NCBI GenBank assembly: GCA_951406725.2
Contig: OX597817.1
Span: 172,050,001-172,114,000 of the forward strand
From: Octopus vulgaris
Taxonomy: Eukaryota
Length of the DNA stretch: 64,000 nt
Direction: 5' to 3'
A program made the position numbers and the translations under genes. Below are positions 1 through 12,731 of the stretch, one piece after another; within the stretch, counting starts at the first letter, position 1; the number at the start of each line of letters is the position of its first letter. Under the pieces are notes generated by a model, which was not told where the DNA came from, made no database searches, and worked only from the letters and a program-made list of their open reading frames with translations.

Positions 1-31
1 GAAGCCTGTCGTATATATGTATATATATATA

Positions 32-71
<40 letters not shown>

Positions 72-293
72 TGTGTTTGTGTGTCTGTGTTTGTCCCCCT
101 AGCATTGCTTGACAACCGATGCTGGTGTGTTTACGTCCCCGTCACTTAGCGGTTCGGCAAAAGTGACCGATAGAATAAGCACTGGGCTTACAAAGAATAA
201 GTCCCGGGGTCGATTTACTCGACTAAAGGCGGTGCTCCAGCATGGCCGCAGTCAAAATGACTGAAACAAGTAAAAGAGTAAAAGAGTAAAAGA

Positions 294-294
<1 letters not shown>
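1..294 (+). mobile_element. tRNA-SINE family A, 3' half
   Basis: Near-identical to the 3' half of the full copy at 59627-60010; ends in (GAGTAAAA)n. Confidence 0.85.
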
Positions 295-343
<49 letters not shown>

Positions 344-377
344 GGAGACAGACAGAGAGATAAATAGACAGACAGAC

Positions 378-457
<80 letters not shown>

Positions 458-615
458 CAATCTAGTCCGATAATTTCAATGTTATGATTAGCGAAAGTGA
501 AACCGGTCAACAAATACAATACTCTTTCACTTAGAAAATACATTTTAAAATATATTAAAACTATGTAAAGTTGCATTTTTCCTTCTTTTATTTTCTAAAT
601 ATATTTTTTGCATAT

Positions 616-648
<33 letters not shown>

Positions 649-1178
649 AGAGGGGGCGCTCAAAGTTCATGGTATTGGGTAAAAGAAAGAGTGTCAGTCT
701 CGCGATTCTGTTGTCTGCTAGAGGCTGGTAGGGAGTCGCCCCCACCTCTGCCAACGATATGTTCAGGGTGCAACGCCGCACCGATAATCAGCTGGCGGAA
801 GATCTGCCTAGGGTTAAAAAGTAGTAATACTGAACAGCTACTTTGATGTGATGATTAGCTTTACTTATTTATATATATATATATATATATTCTTTTATGG
901 TTTTATGTATTTCAGCTATGCTGCGTTCATGCTGGAGCACCATGTGAGTATAAGCATGTGGTACAACATATGTATTTGATAAAGTGTTATCAACGTAAGT
1001 ATAAGTCGATATCGTCCATTTTCTTCTTAAGATTGTTTAAAGCATTTCTTATAAACTGGAACCCTCGTCGTCGTAACCGACGGAGTGCCACCACGACGGA
1101 TACACACGCATGTATATACACATAAATACCTATATATACATATGTATATACATTATATATATATACATGTGTATATAC

Positions 1179-1251
<73 letters not shown>

Positions 1252-1254
<3 letters not shown>

Positions 1255-2421
1255 TGGCGGCCGAAATGTTCAGAACGGCATTGTTTTCGTCAGAAAAGTA
1301 GATATAATTTTTTTATCGAAGTTGTTTTATATTCTATAATTTTCACAGACAATAAATACGATATTATTTGTTATTGCCTGAGATGTTGGTGTAATTTGAG
1401 AGGATAATACAAAAGTTATGGATGATTTAGTGATTTACTGCAAAACCCATGGCGGCAAAATGATCAGAATGGTTGCTTTTACTCTAATGTTTTGAATTTG
1501 TTTACGTGACGGTTCGTTTACTAAACATTAGTAAGAATATTTGCAGTGTACTTTGTTAATATAATGCCACTTACTCCGTACCAATTCGTCAGCAGATTAT
1601 TAAGCTTCGAAGAAAGGATAATTTAAGTATTGGATCTATTGCAAAGATTGTTAACAAGTCAAAAAGTGTTGTACACGGTAATCTTAAGGTCTACGATGAT
1701 TGTGGTTCGTGTGAAGCAAGAGAGTTTACAAGTAAGCCAAGAAAAACGACCAAGAGAGAAGATCGTGCTATGGTAAAGTTGGTTAAAAAGGACAGATTTA
1801 AAACTGCTGCTGCTGTTTCTCGGAAAATGAGCATTGTATTGAAGAAAACTTTATCTCGTCGTTTAGTTGAACATTACCTACAAGCAAGAGCACCTGCAGT
1901 GAAGTCACTGATCAGCTCCATGAATAAAAAGTGTCGTCTTACCTTTGCAACCGAACATGTGTTGTGGTCTCAAGAAAAATGGCAAACGGTGCATTTCAGT
2001 GATGAATCTAAGTTTATGTTATTTGGCTCAGATGGGAAAAGGTGAAAAATTGTCGCCTAAATGCCTTAAGACTAGTGTTAAATTCGGTGGAGGAAGAGTC
2101 ATGGTTTGGGGGATGATATCTGGAGATGGTGTGGGCCCTTTGGTGCGATTACATGGAAAGTTAAATGCAGGAGTTTATAAACAACTTGTAAAAGATCATG
2201 TCTTGCCTGTGCTGAGAAATTCAACTAAGCGACCACCCATATTCATGCAGGACAATGCCCCATGTCACATGGCTAAGATGATCATGAACTTCCTCAAGGC
2301 TGAAAAGGTTATTGTTATGGATTGGCCTACTCAAAGCCCAGATCTCAATCCTATTGAAAATGTATGGAATATTCTAGGAGAACGTTCGAAAGCCAGAAAT
2401 CCTAAAACAACTGAGCAATTA
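1252..2421 (+). mobile_element. Decayed, 3'-truncated Tc1 element (sibling of 51959-53585)
   Basis: Starts TA|CAGTGGCGGCCGAAATG. Transposase remnants FSDESKF, QDNAPCH and SPDLNPIE carry frameshifts; right TIR missing. Confidence 0.95.
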
Positions 2422-2793
2422 AGTTGTTTCCGAGAAGAAATAACATTACATTTAACGTAAGGAAAGTGAAATATAACGAAAAAATAGATTAACTCAGAAC
2501 AATTGTTTCATTATTAATGTAATATGCAATTTTACTTACACAACATCTATAAATCATCGGCAGAGGTTTGTCTTAAATACAATTTATTAGACCTTCACGA
2601 GCGTCAAATACACGTGTGGTTTAATTGATTGTATTCGTAGTTATGAATCAAATTTTTCACCCTCATTTATAAATATATATATATATAAATATATATATAT
2701 TCATATAATAATAATAATAAATATTAGGGAATAAATCCAAATTTACAGGGAAAAATCAGATTTAGGATTGAATCCAATTTTATAGTAAAATAT

Positions 2794-3167
2794 TATATAA
2801 TATTAATTAGAGACAAAACCACTATTTTGCAAATCAAACAAAGAAAGACTTAATCCAATACATAAAAAAATTTAATATAAATCAAATAAAATTAAATTCG
2901 CCACTACAATTGTTTCGTGTCTCTTCAAAGGACATTCATCAGGTGGATTTCAGATCTTCTATTCAATTTTAAGTTATGAAGTCATAACTTAAAATTGAAT
3001 AGAAGATCTGAAATCCACCTGATGAATGTCCTTTGAAGAGACACGAAACAATTGTAGTGGCGAATTTAATTTTATTTGATTTATATTAAATTTTTTTATG
3101 TATTGGATTAAGTCTTTCTTTGTTTGATTTGCAAAATAGTGGTTTTGTCTCTAATTAATATTATATA
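2794..3167. repeat. Long palindrome, about 186-bp arms with a 2-nt loop
   Basis: Arms are reverse complements about axis 2980/2981; no mismatch seen by eye. Confidence 0.95.
3015..3060 (+). ncRNA. Minimal type I hammerhead ribozyme motif (mirror copy at 2901-2946, minus strand)
   Basis: CCAC-CTGATGA-aTGTC(ctttgaaga)GACAc-GAAAC-aatt-GTA-GTGG: stem I, canonical core, stem II, palindromic loop III, GUA site. Confidence 0.85.
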
Positions 3168-3169
3168 TA

Positions 3170-3211
<42 letters not shown>

Positions 3212-3213
<2 letters not shown>

Positions 3214-3410
3214 AGGTGGCCCAAAAGTAGATTTATAGTTATCACGTAGTTACTTTAAATTACTTTTAAAACATTTTATTACATTAAAATTTTTATCTTA
3301 CAATTAACTAAATTAGCATAGAATAATTAAGATCAAAACTGTTAACATATGAATGTGAAAATGCGAAAGAGATAGTTGAATAACGGCAAACCTACCTTTG
3401 GGCCACCCTG
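3212..3410. mobile_element. Tc1/mariner-type MITE
   Basis: TA|CAAGGTGGCCCAAAAGTAG ... CTACCTTTGGGCCACCCTG|TA. Confidence 0.85.
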
Positions 3411-3817
3411 TATATATAAATATACATAAATATACATATATATATATATACACACACACTCACACACGCGCACACATACTTATTGTTTTACCTTAGATAA
3501 ATGAAACCTTTAATATTGGCTGAGTAAGGAAATAGCTTACAATCCAGACGCACCCATGGCATCTGTTCTGCTTTCTACACGACTGACATTCAAGAATAGG
3601 TCGGTATTGTGCCAAATAGTCGTCGGTATGTGCTATAAGTACGAAAGCTTCTTTTTGTACGAACGTGTACGCGTGTAGATATAGTCATCTATGCATACTT
3701 ACGTATACGCACATACTCACATATGTATACATGCATGAAAACATGCATTCAGACGTACACACCTACACACATCACATACATACACGTACAAACACATGCA
3801 CACATGCATACACACAA

Positions 3818-3852
<35 letters not shown>

Positions 3853-3866
3853 TGTATGTATGTATG

Positions 3867-3918
<52 letters not shown>

Positions 3919-3929
3919 CTTACATATAC

Positions 3930-4085
3930 AACGGGATTCTTTCAGTTTCCGTCTACCAAATATACTCACAAGGCTTTGGTCGGCCCGAGGTATAGTAGAA
4001 GACACTCGTCCACGGTATCAGGCAGAGGGACTGAACCCAGAACCATGTGGTTTGGAAGCAAGCTACTTACCACACAGCCACACAT
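3930..4085 (-). mobile_element. tRNA-SINE family A, 5' part
   Basis: Reverse complement of the head at 59627-59780. Other family A pieces at about 6355-6820, 24730-24890, 27060-27220, 29600-29680, 32690-33035, 35905-36003, 50930-51070, 53860-54030, 54310-54590, 60062-60470 and 61380-61575. Confidence 0.8.
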
Positions 4086-4157
4086 ATAATTATGCACATT
4101 CATTGATACATAGACACATAACATACGTTCACATACATACATACACACATACATACA

Positions 4158-4208
<51 letters not shown>

Positions 4209-4258
4209 TTACATAGATACATATATGTGTGTATGTGTGTTATACAACAAATTAAAAA

Positions 4259-4690
4259 GGGTGGCTTATTAGCAATTCGAACGAAAAGGCAAAATTGACA
4301 GAGGTCTCAAATGAGACAGCGGTTACTGACTTGCTCCGCTTTTGCTAAAAATAAGAGTTAAAACAACCCAGAAGCCACAAAAGCACTGTCTTAATGACTG
4401 ACCCAAGGGAGGTGAGTCCTCGGCGTACCTAGTCGGATCGCGATTTCGGATTTTGATGTCGACCATCTTAATCCGCATCAGCGTCTCTCACTGTCTAGGA
4501 TTAAACTCAACTACCACCATCAGTCTTATAAGAAAAACCGTTGAATACATGTGCTGATTTTCAAAACGGTAAGAGTGGCTTATTAGGAATTCGAACCTAA
4601 AGGTAAACTTAATAGAGGTCATAAAAGTGACGGAGGGGACTGACTAGCACCGATTTAGCAAAAAATAAGAGTTAAAACAACCCAAAAGCC
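4259..4690 (+). repeat. Diverged direct repeat, about 117 bp x2
   Basis: G(G/A)GTGGCTTATTAG..AAAAATAAGAGTTAAAACAACCCA.AAGCC at 4259-4376 and 4573-4690. Confidence 0.8.
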
Positions 4691-4734
4691 GTCTTTGTTT
4701 TCCTATACATTTCCTATACATTTCCAAGAAATCT

Positions 4735-4952
4735 AATGCTCTTAGCTTAGTTTTCCCTTGGGGCTGGCCAGATTGGAGCAATCTCAAGATTAATCAGCCG
4801 AAATTGCGAGGATGATCCGGTTCTTGACTGAGGATAAAAGGCTTCGAATGACCCGTCTTTGTTTTTTTGTATCGTCCATCTGGATGTTTTGTTGTCCCTT
4901 TTTGTATCACTTAGTTGTCCGGATGTTTTGCGTTCTTGTCCCATTTTGTATT
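4735..4952 (+). mobile_element. Unclassified interspersed repeat ending in (TA)n (other copies 45670-45880 + and about 47820-48060 -)
   Basis: Shared GGCCAGATTGGAGCAATCTC...CAGCCGAAATT... sequence in three copies. Confidence 0.75.
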
Positions 4953-5432
4953 TTATATATATATATGTGTGTGTGTGTGTGTTTGTGTGTGTGTGCGCGC
5001 ACGCGTGTGTGTGTATACATATATATATATGTTATATATACACACACACACATACTCTAACACATGCATACATGCGCACATACATGCATACAGTTAGTCA
5101 GACACTTATTTACACTCATATACCAACATACACACAAAGTTACATACATTGATATATGTGTGAGTGTGTGAGTATGTGTGTATATGTTGTTTGTATGTAT
5201 GCGTGTATGTGTGTGTATGTGTGTGTATGTGTGTATCAAGGGAAAATGAAAAGATAAGAATACATAGCCCCCACCCTTTTGAATTGGATGGGATGGGTGC
5301 ATGAGGTGTTGGACGGGGTGTTGGACGGGTACCCATTTCCATTATAACACATCGAAGGGGTCAGCAAGCGGCTTTGCCCTGTTTTTATCGTCTGCTTTAA
5401 AAGTAATCACATTTTTTTTTTATTTATTCCAC

Positions 5433-5518
5433 TACCAGCAGCAGCAGTTAACAGAAGTAGAAACAGCCATTAGCAGCAGCAGCAGCAGCAGCAGAAGTAG
5501 TGGTAGTAGTAGTAGTAA

Positions 5519-5581
<63 letters not shown>

Positions 5582-5598
5582 CAGCAGCAGCAGCAGCG

Positions 5599-5632
<34 letters not shown>

Positions 5633-5663
5633 TAGTAGTAGTAATAGTAGCAGTAGCAGCAGC

Positions 5664-5720
<57 letters not shown>

Positions 5721-5730
5721 GGTGGTAGTG

Positions 5731-5791
<61 letters not shown>

Positions 5792-5796
5792 CGGTG

Positions 5797-5843
<47 letters not shown>

Positions 5844-5907
5844 GGTGGTGGTGGTGGTGGTGGTGATCGTTGTGGTGGTGGTGGTAGTGATCGTTATAGT
5901 AGTAGTA
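5433..5907. repeat. Compound triplet microsatellite (CAG/TAG/TGG)
   Basis: Read directly from the sequence. Confidence 0.95.
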
Positions 5908-7461
5908 ATGGCCTTGCCTGCATCTGCTTCGTCTCTTACCACCCCCACCACCCCCACCACCGTCAGCAACACCAGAAACACAATTAATTGGCTAACATCA
6001 ACAGCAACATCAACAGCACTATTAGCAAGAACAGCATTAGCAACGCTATCTACAGCCACACCTACGTCTTAATGTGGCGATGTTCCACACCTTTTGCTTA
6101 GTGCCAAACGGAAGGACGAAATTCCTACCAAAAAAAAAAGAAAAGAAAAAGGAAAAGAAAGCTAATAATAAAGAAATATATAAATAAACAACTAAATAAA
6201 AAAATAAATCAAAGAAAGGAAAAAATAAAAATTCAAGGAAGATCAAACAAGAATAAATCTTTGGACTTCAAACATGAATTTGTATCCATTTTAGCCTGAA
6301 CGTTCCGACACTATTGAACGCTCGTTAGGAAGGCGACGAGATGGCAAGGCAGTGATTTTATCTTGTTTCAGTCATTGGACTGCGACCATGCTGGAGCATC
6401 ACCTTGAAAAACGTTTTTTAGTCGAATAAATCGACCCTAGTACTGATATTTTGTTAAGCGTTGTACTTATTCTATCGGTTTCTTTTGCCGAACCGCTAGT
6501 TTACGGCTACATAAAACACACTAGCACCGGTCGTCAAGCGGTGGTGGGACACACACACACATACACACACATAGACGTTTCAGCCCTAAGACTGTGGCCA
6601 TGCTGGGGCACCCCCAATAAAAAAAATGCGCCCGACGTGTGGCGCCCGGCTACATATATGCGACGTGCTTCTTTCACTTTCCGTCTACGAAATCCACTCA
6701 CAGAGCTTTGGTCAGCCCGAGGCTATAATAGAAGACACTTGCTTAATGTGCCATGCAGTGGGACTGAACCCGGAACCATGTGGTTGCGAAGTAAACTTCT
6801 TACAACACAACCACACCTATTTTATTTTAATTTATTTTATTTTTGTGCTCAGCCTAAAACTCATAAGCCCTGTTACCTGGTTTCCGTTGTGCATAAGTGA
6901 CAGAGATCACAACATTGCCCCTATACGGTACAACGATCGGTCGTGGGGCTCAGGGCCAGAAATTTTGAAGGCAGGGTAAAAGTCGGTAACATCGGCTCCA
7001 GTTCTTGACTGCTACTTTATTTTATTGGCCCCCCTAAGAGATGGAAGTCAGAGCTGACCTCGGCAGCACTTACCGAAGTAAATCTGCCTTGACGTTCGCC
7101 TGCCGAGTTCAGGTAAAATGCCTTGCTTTACCTATTCTGGTTCTTTGGGCTCTGAGTTCAGATCTCACCAACATCAATTTTACCTTTCTTCTTTGAGGGA
7201 GTTGAGTCATGAAATATCAATCAAAAGTATTGTAGTGGTGGCGGGCTGAAGTCGATTCTTCTCCTCTAGGAATCGGCTCAGGATCTATAACGGTAAAAAG
7301 ATGGTGGGATACTACATACGAAGTGTCTTATATATCTTTCGCTTAGGCATTGCGAGACTAGTAACCTGGTGTAGAACTCAGTATACATATGCTTCAGAAC
7401 AAAGGGTTCGAGGTTTCTATGATGCTATATTACTCAGACACTTAACTATGAGTCTAGTACA

Positions 7462-7497
<36 letters not shown>

Positions 7498-7638
7498 ACC
7501 TCCCCCCTCAAGAATTGAAACTAAAGATACCCCTTGGGGTACCGAAACCAAATACCACAGTACATACTCTTGATTCCAATACTCTTAATTTTTTCTTTGA
7601 TTAAACTCAAATCCATTGATTGCTTACTGATGATGGTG

Positions 7639-7670
<32 letters not shown>

Positions 7671-7671
<1 letters not shown>

Positions 7672-8799
7672 TTTTTTTTTTCCTCTTTCAAATTTGCTTC
7701 CATTTCTTGCCGAGTGTCTTCCCGACTCCTAGGGCAAAGAAACTCAGAGTATACATTGGTAGGCCATTAAACCAAACTCAGTAGTTCGTTCATTTTTTTT
7801 TTTGTTTTTTTTTCTTTTTAAAGTTAAATTAAAATACATGAGCAGCAACAGTTCTCACATCGACAATGCTCTTCTCAATACGTGTGATGTACCAGTTAAG
7901 ACAATCTTTTGCACTTCTTGCAGGGATGGTAAGCCAGGGATCATTCTCATATAATTTTCGGTTCCCTTCTTGATCATTCCTAGTGCTCCTACGATCACTG
8001 GTATTGTAACCGCCTTGAGATGCCACATTTTCTCAATTTCAATGAGTAGGTCTTTATATTTTCTGAGCTTGTCAAACTCTTTCGCCGAGATATTATGATC
8101 ACAGGGGATGCTCATGTCGATCAATAAGCAAACTTTATTGTTTTGGTCTTTCACAACAATATCTGGTTTATTGGCCTTGATGGTTCGGTCTGTATGTACT
8201 GGAAAGTCCCACAGAATGGTTACATTTTCTCCTTCAGTTACAGCCTCAGGGTGGTGATTATACCACTTGTCGGCAGTTTTGATATTGTAATGCCGACTTA
8301 TTAGCCAGTGGAGATATTGGCCAACTCTGTCATGTCTTAATTTATACTCCACTGGTGCTAAGACTTTACATCCAGAGATAAGGTGGTCCACTGTTTCAAT
8401 CATGTCGTTGCAGAATCGGCATTTTGGGTCTGCTCCATTTTTCATCACATTGGCCTGGTAGCTCCGGGTTAATAGGCTTTGATCTTGAGCAGCCAGGATG
8501 AAACCTTCGCTCTCTGCTTTTAGCCCTGAGCTCCGTAGCCACTGATGGGTTTGCTTCTGGTCAACATCAGCTTGTTTGCTGCGGGTCACATATTTGCCGT
8601 GCAGAGGTTTCTCCTCCCACCTATCAGCCAATTGCTCGTGCGCTTTTTTCATTGCCATCATTTTCACCTTCTTTGCAACAATAGTTGCCGTACTTCCCTC
8701 GGGTTGTTCAGTTTGGGTATCCTGCACGAGACCAATAGCAAATTTTTTGCTTTCTTTTATGATAGAATGAAGCTTCTTTCGTCTCTCGTGATTTTCCAC
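7671..8799 (-). mobile_element. R4/Dong-type non-LTR retrotransposon, 3' fragment (family A)
   Basis: ORF 7855-8800 has a CCHC knuckle (CRFC..HLISGC), RHD and KPDIVV..IDMSIP..K..KY restriction-like endonuclease motifs; the 3' UTR runs into (TAA)n. Confidence 0.92.
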
Positions 8800-8851
8800 G
8801 TAACGGCAATGATGGCCGTCTCCAATTGTAACGGCAATGATGGCCGTCTCC

Positions 8852-9172
8852 CCACGAGCCAATCAAAGCTAGAAAATGATAACATTATCGTAGCACCAAA
8901 ATGTTTTTGGAAACTAAAAGGAAAACTAAATCAGTATACCAAACCGCTTGTCCTATGGTTAATCTGGAAGCGCGTCCCCCAGGGAAGAGCCAGTCTGGGA
9001 TCGAAAAGTCATCAACTGGCACAAACTCTTCTCCGAATACGGACATGGATGGTTACTTGAACGGGAAATCCCCCAACTCGAGCCCTCCAAGTTCACCACC
9101 ACAACCACCACAGAAAGAAAAATGTAAGCGGAACAAATGGACCCGAGAAGAGTATAAAGAAGTAATATACGC

Positions 9173-9176
<4 letters not shown>
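8852..9176 (+). mobile_element. Probable N-terminal piece of an R4/Dong element, inverted relative to the adjacent 3' fragment
   Basis: Encodes KRNKWTREEYKEVIYAYY, resembling the R4-clade N-terminal motif, and merges into (TTA)n. Confidence 0.6.
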
Positions 9177-9225
<49 letters not shown>

Positions 9226-9761
9226 GAGTGAGAGAGCAGTGCATGCCATCAAAGTGACACTGGGGTAAAATAGACAAAGCCCAGTATACCCATCATGACT
9301 ACCCGTCTGATAAGGGTACACCAGGCACATGCATCGCAACCATATGTGCGCAACAGGGTGATCTCGTGTCAAGATAAACAGCACATGACCTTGCAGGTGA
9401 GGCCCAGATAGAATTTTCATCTGTTCGAGTAGCCTATCCCGCTCAAAAGGTCCCTGAATAAAGATTGTTTAAGGATGTTGAACGAACCACCCATGTTTCC
9501 AAAGGTAAATTATCCAAACCTCCAAGAATTCCTTTCAACACATGGCTATGATGCTCCCCACTACTTCTGCTCGTGGTCAGAGATGCACATATTGTCAGCC
9601 ACTAAGGGACATGCTCAACTGGTTACGGTCAAACAACTGACAAGCAAATATGTGGTATTGAGCAGAATATTTGCTGTAGCCCATCTTTTATACCAAGACA
9701 AATCAATGTACATGATAACACTTCCAATCAGTTAAGATCAGAAGCCATGAGAGCCACTGCC

Positions 9762-9762
<1 letters not shown>
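9226..9762 (-). mobile_element. (TAA)n-inserted retroposon 3' end (Dong-type 3' UTR or a dependent SINE); shorter copy at 36480-36620
   Basis: Both copies share the terminus ...CTCTCTCACTC(AAT)n and differ in 5' extent. Confidence 0.65.
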
Positions 9763-9827
<65 letters not shown>

Positions 9828-10029
9828 GTTATTATTATTATTGTTGTTGTTATTATTGTTATTGTTATTAATATTATTATTATTATTATCATTATTGTTA
9901 TTGTTATTGTTATTATTATTATTATTGTTATTATTATTATTATTATTATTATTGTTATTGTTAATGTTATTATTATTATTGTTATTATTATTATTATTAT
10001 CATTATTATTATTGTTATTGTTATTGTTA

Positions 10030-10061
<32 letters not shown>

Positions 10062-10077
10062 GTTATTGTTAATGTTA

Positions 10078-10127
<50 letters not shown>

Positions 10128-10143
10128 GTTATTGTTATTGTTA

Positions 10144-10193
<50 letters not shown>

Positions 10194-10204
10194 GTTATTG
10201 TTAA

Positions 10205-10247
<43 letters not shown>

Positions 10248-10263
10248 GTTATTGTTAATGTTA

Positions 10264-10319
<56 letters not shown>

Positions 10320-10377
10320 GTTATTGTTATTGTTATTGTTATTATTATTATTATTATTATTGTTATTGTTATTGTTA

Positions 10378-10418
<41 letters not shown>

Positions 10419-10434
10419 GTTATTGTTATTGTTA

Positions 10435-10466
<32 letters not shown>

Positions 10467-10482
10467 GTTATTGTTAATGTTA

Positions 10483-10517
<35 letters not shown>

Positions 10518-10527
10518 GTTATTGTTA

Positions 10528-10583
<56 letters not shown>

Positions 10584-10594
10584 GTTATTGTTAA

Positions 10595-10652
<58 letters not shown>

Positions 10653-10671
10653 GTTATTGTTATTGTTATTG

Positions 10672-10730
<59 letters not shown>

Positions 10731-10746
10731 GTTATTGTTAATGTTA

Positions 10747-10798
<52 letters not shown>

Positions 10799-10857
10799 CA
10801 CCATCGTCATCATCATCATCATTATCATTAAAAAAGAAAAAAAATTATTATTATTAT
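9763..10857. repeat. About 1.1 kb (ATT)n array with GTT and GTTAAT variants
   Basis: Read directly from the sequence. Confidence 0.97.
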
Positions 10858-10859
10858 CA

Positions 10860-11440
10860 GGGTGGTGAGGTGGCAGAATTGTTAGCGTGCCACGTGAAAT
10901 GCTTGGCGATATTTCGTCTGCTGCTACGTTCTGAGTTCAAATTCTTCTGAGGTCGACATTGCCTTTCATCCTTTCGGGATCAATAAATTATGTACCAATC
11001 GGGGTCGATATAATCGACTAGTCCCTTCCTCGCGAACTTCAGGCCTTGTATCTTTAGTAGAAAGAATTATTAATGTTATTATTGTTATTAACCCTTTGAG
11101 CACGTAACACCGGTTTACCGGTAGATTGCTTTATACCGCAGCACTGCTCTACCGGTGGAGTGCATCTAGCAGCTAGATATATGGTCAAATAAGGGTCAGG
11201 AGGTCAGGGCTCAAAAGGTTAAGGCGGCGAGGTGGCAGAATCGTTAGCACGCTGGACGAATTACTTTGTGCTATTTTGCTCGTCGCGTTCGTTCTAAGTT
11301 CAAATTCCGCCGAGGTCGACTTTGCCTTTCATCCTTTCGGTGTCGATACATTAAGTGCCAGTTGAGTCCTGGGGGTTGATGTAATTGACTTTCCCCTCCT
11401 AACAAAATTCGGGCCTTATGCTTATAGCAGAAAGGATTGT
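10860..11440 (+). mobile_element. Two copies of tRNA-SINE family B (10860-11070 and 11222-11440)
   Basis: GGCAGAATCGTTAGC (A box), GAGTTCAAATTCC (B box) and central GCCTTTCATCCTTTCGGGGTCGATA. Other copies at 23975-24370 -, 41215-41400 +, 41430-41605 +, 44915-45155 - and 57770-58005 +. Confidence 0.85.
11092..11218. mobile_element. piggyBac-type MITE
   Basis: TTAA|CCCTTTGAGC ... GCTCAAAAGG|TTAA. Confidence 0.7.
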
Positions 11441-11730
11441 TACTATTATGTTTTTTTTTCTACAAAAGTGAGCTCAGAAATATGATGGTGAGACTTTATT
11501 TCATTCTTCAAGAGCATTAACAGCCGTTGGAACAATGGAGAAATCTCAATGGTAGATCAAAGCCGCTTTGCAATTACAACTAGCAGAAAGCTTAATTCTA
11601 AGGTTTTCACCTCAATGAGATAATTTTTATCGTATTTCATACAAAGTTTCTTATTTGGGAGATCGGAACATCTTTGTAATGGTGTCTGGCAGGAAGATTA
11701 ATTCTTCGATATTCACCTCTGTGAAGGAAA

Positions 11731-12123
11731 TCTCTCTATATATAAAGCTGAAGTTGTCTGTGTTTGGCAGGTTTGGTAGCCTTCAACTAACACTATCTCC
11801 TCCGAGGCCCTGCGGCGCAAGTTGACCAAAATTGAGTGTATGATAGAAGAAGGCTTGCTCTTCATTTCGTAGAAGAAAAAATTCAAATCGGACCATGTTA
11901 ACACCAAAATTTATTTGCATAAAAAGGTGCTTTTTTTTTCTCTGAAAATCCCTATTTTTTACGGTTTTTTGACTGCTGTGTCGCCATTTTTCGGTATATT
12001 TCAACCAGAAAAATGTTCACTTAAGGAGAATAACAAACTACATAATGCACAATTTTTACTTTTCAAAACTTCCAATTCTAAAGGGTCGGAACAAACCCGA
12101 GCAACGCCGGACGATACTGCTAG
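11731..12123 (+). mobile_element. Non-autonomous Helitron-like element
   Basis: A|TC start, subterminal hairpin CCGAGCAACGCCGG, CTAG|T end; both ends shared with 39424-39821. Confidence 0.8.
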
Positions 12124-12731
12124 TAATATTATATTTTATTTGTTTGGTCAAGTTACAAAAACACTCTTCTAATGTTCATGTCTCTCAAAAGGGTATTTTT
12201 TAAAGCTTTGAAATATATTATGTTTTCAGTGTCAGTTTGTTAGAAGTTCGGCATCATGAAAAAACAAAAACAAAAAAATTATTGAGGAAATAACGTATTT
12301 CAGATACAATCTATGTTCCACTCTGATCTTCAATTTAAAATCCTAATTTTCGCATTCAATAACGATTAGTTTGATAACACACACCGTAGTTATTAGTCAT
12401 AATTATCGATCTGAGATGAAAGGCCGAAAATTGGTTCCTACTGCTTGACATCTTGTTATGGTGACAGCTGTTTAATTACAAATATTTCGTACTCGACAGA
12501 CACATAACTGGCCATTAATATTTAATACCCAAAGATTCGTAAATAATCAGTGTTAACTTTAAATATTTGATGATCGGCACATACATATGAATACACACAC
12601 ATTCATAACACATATACGTACACACACACATACATACATACACATACACGAACATACACACATATATCTATATATATATATATATATGTGTGTATGTATT
12701 ATTCAAAGTAATCGGTATTATAAGACCATTA

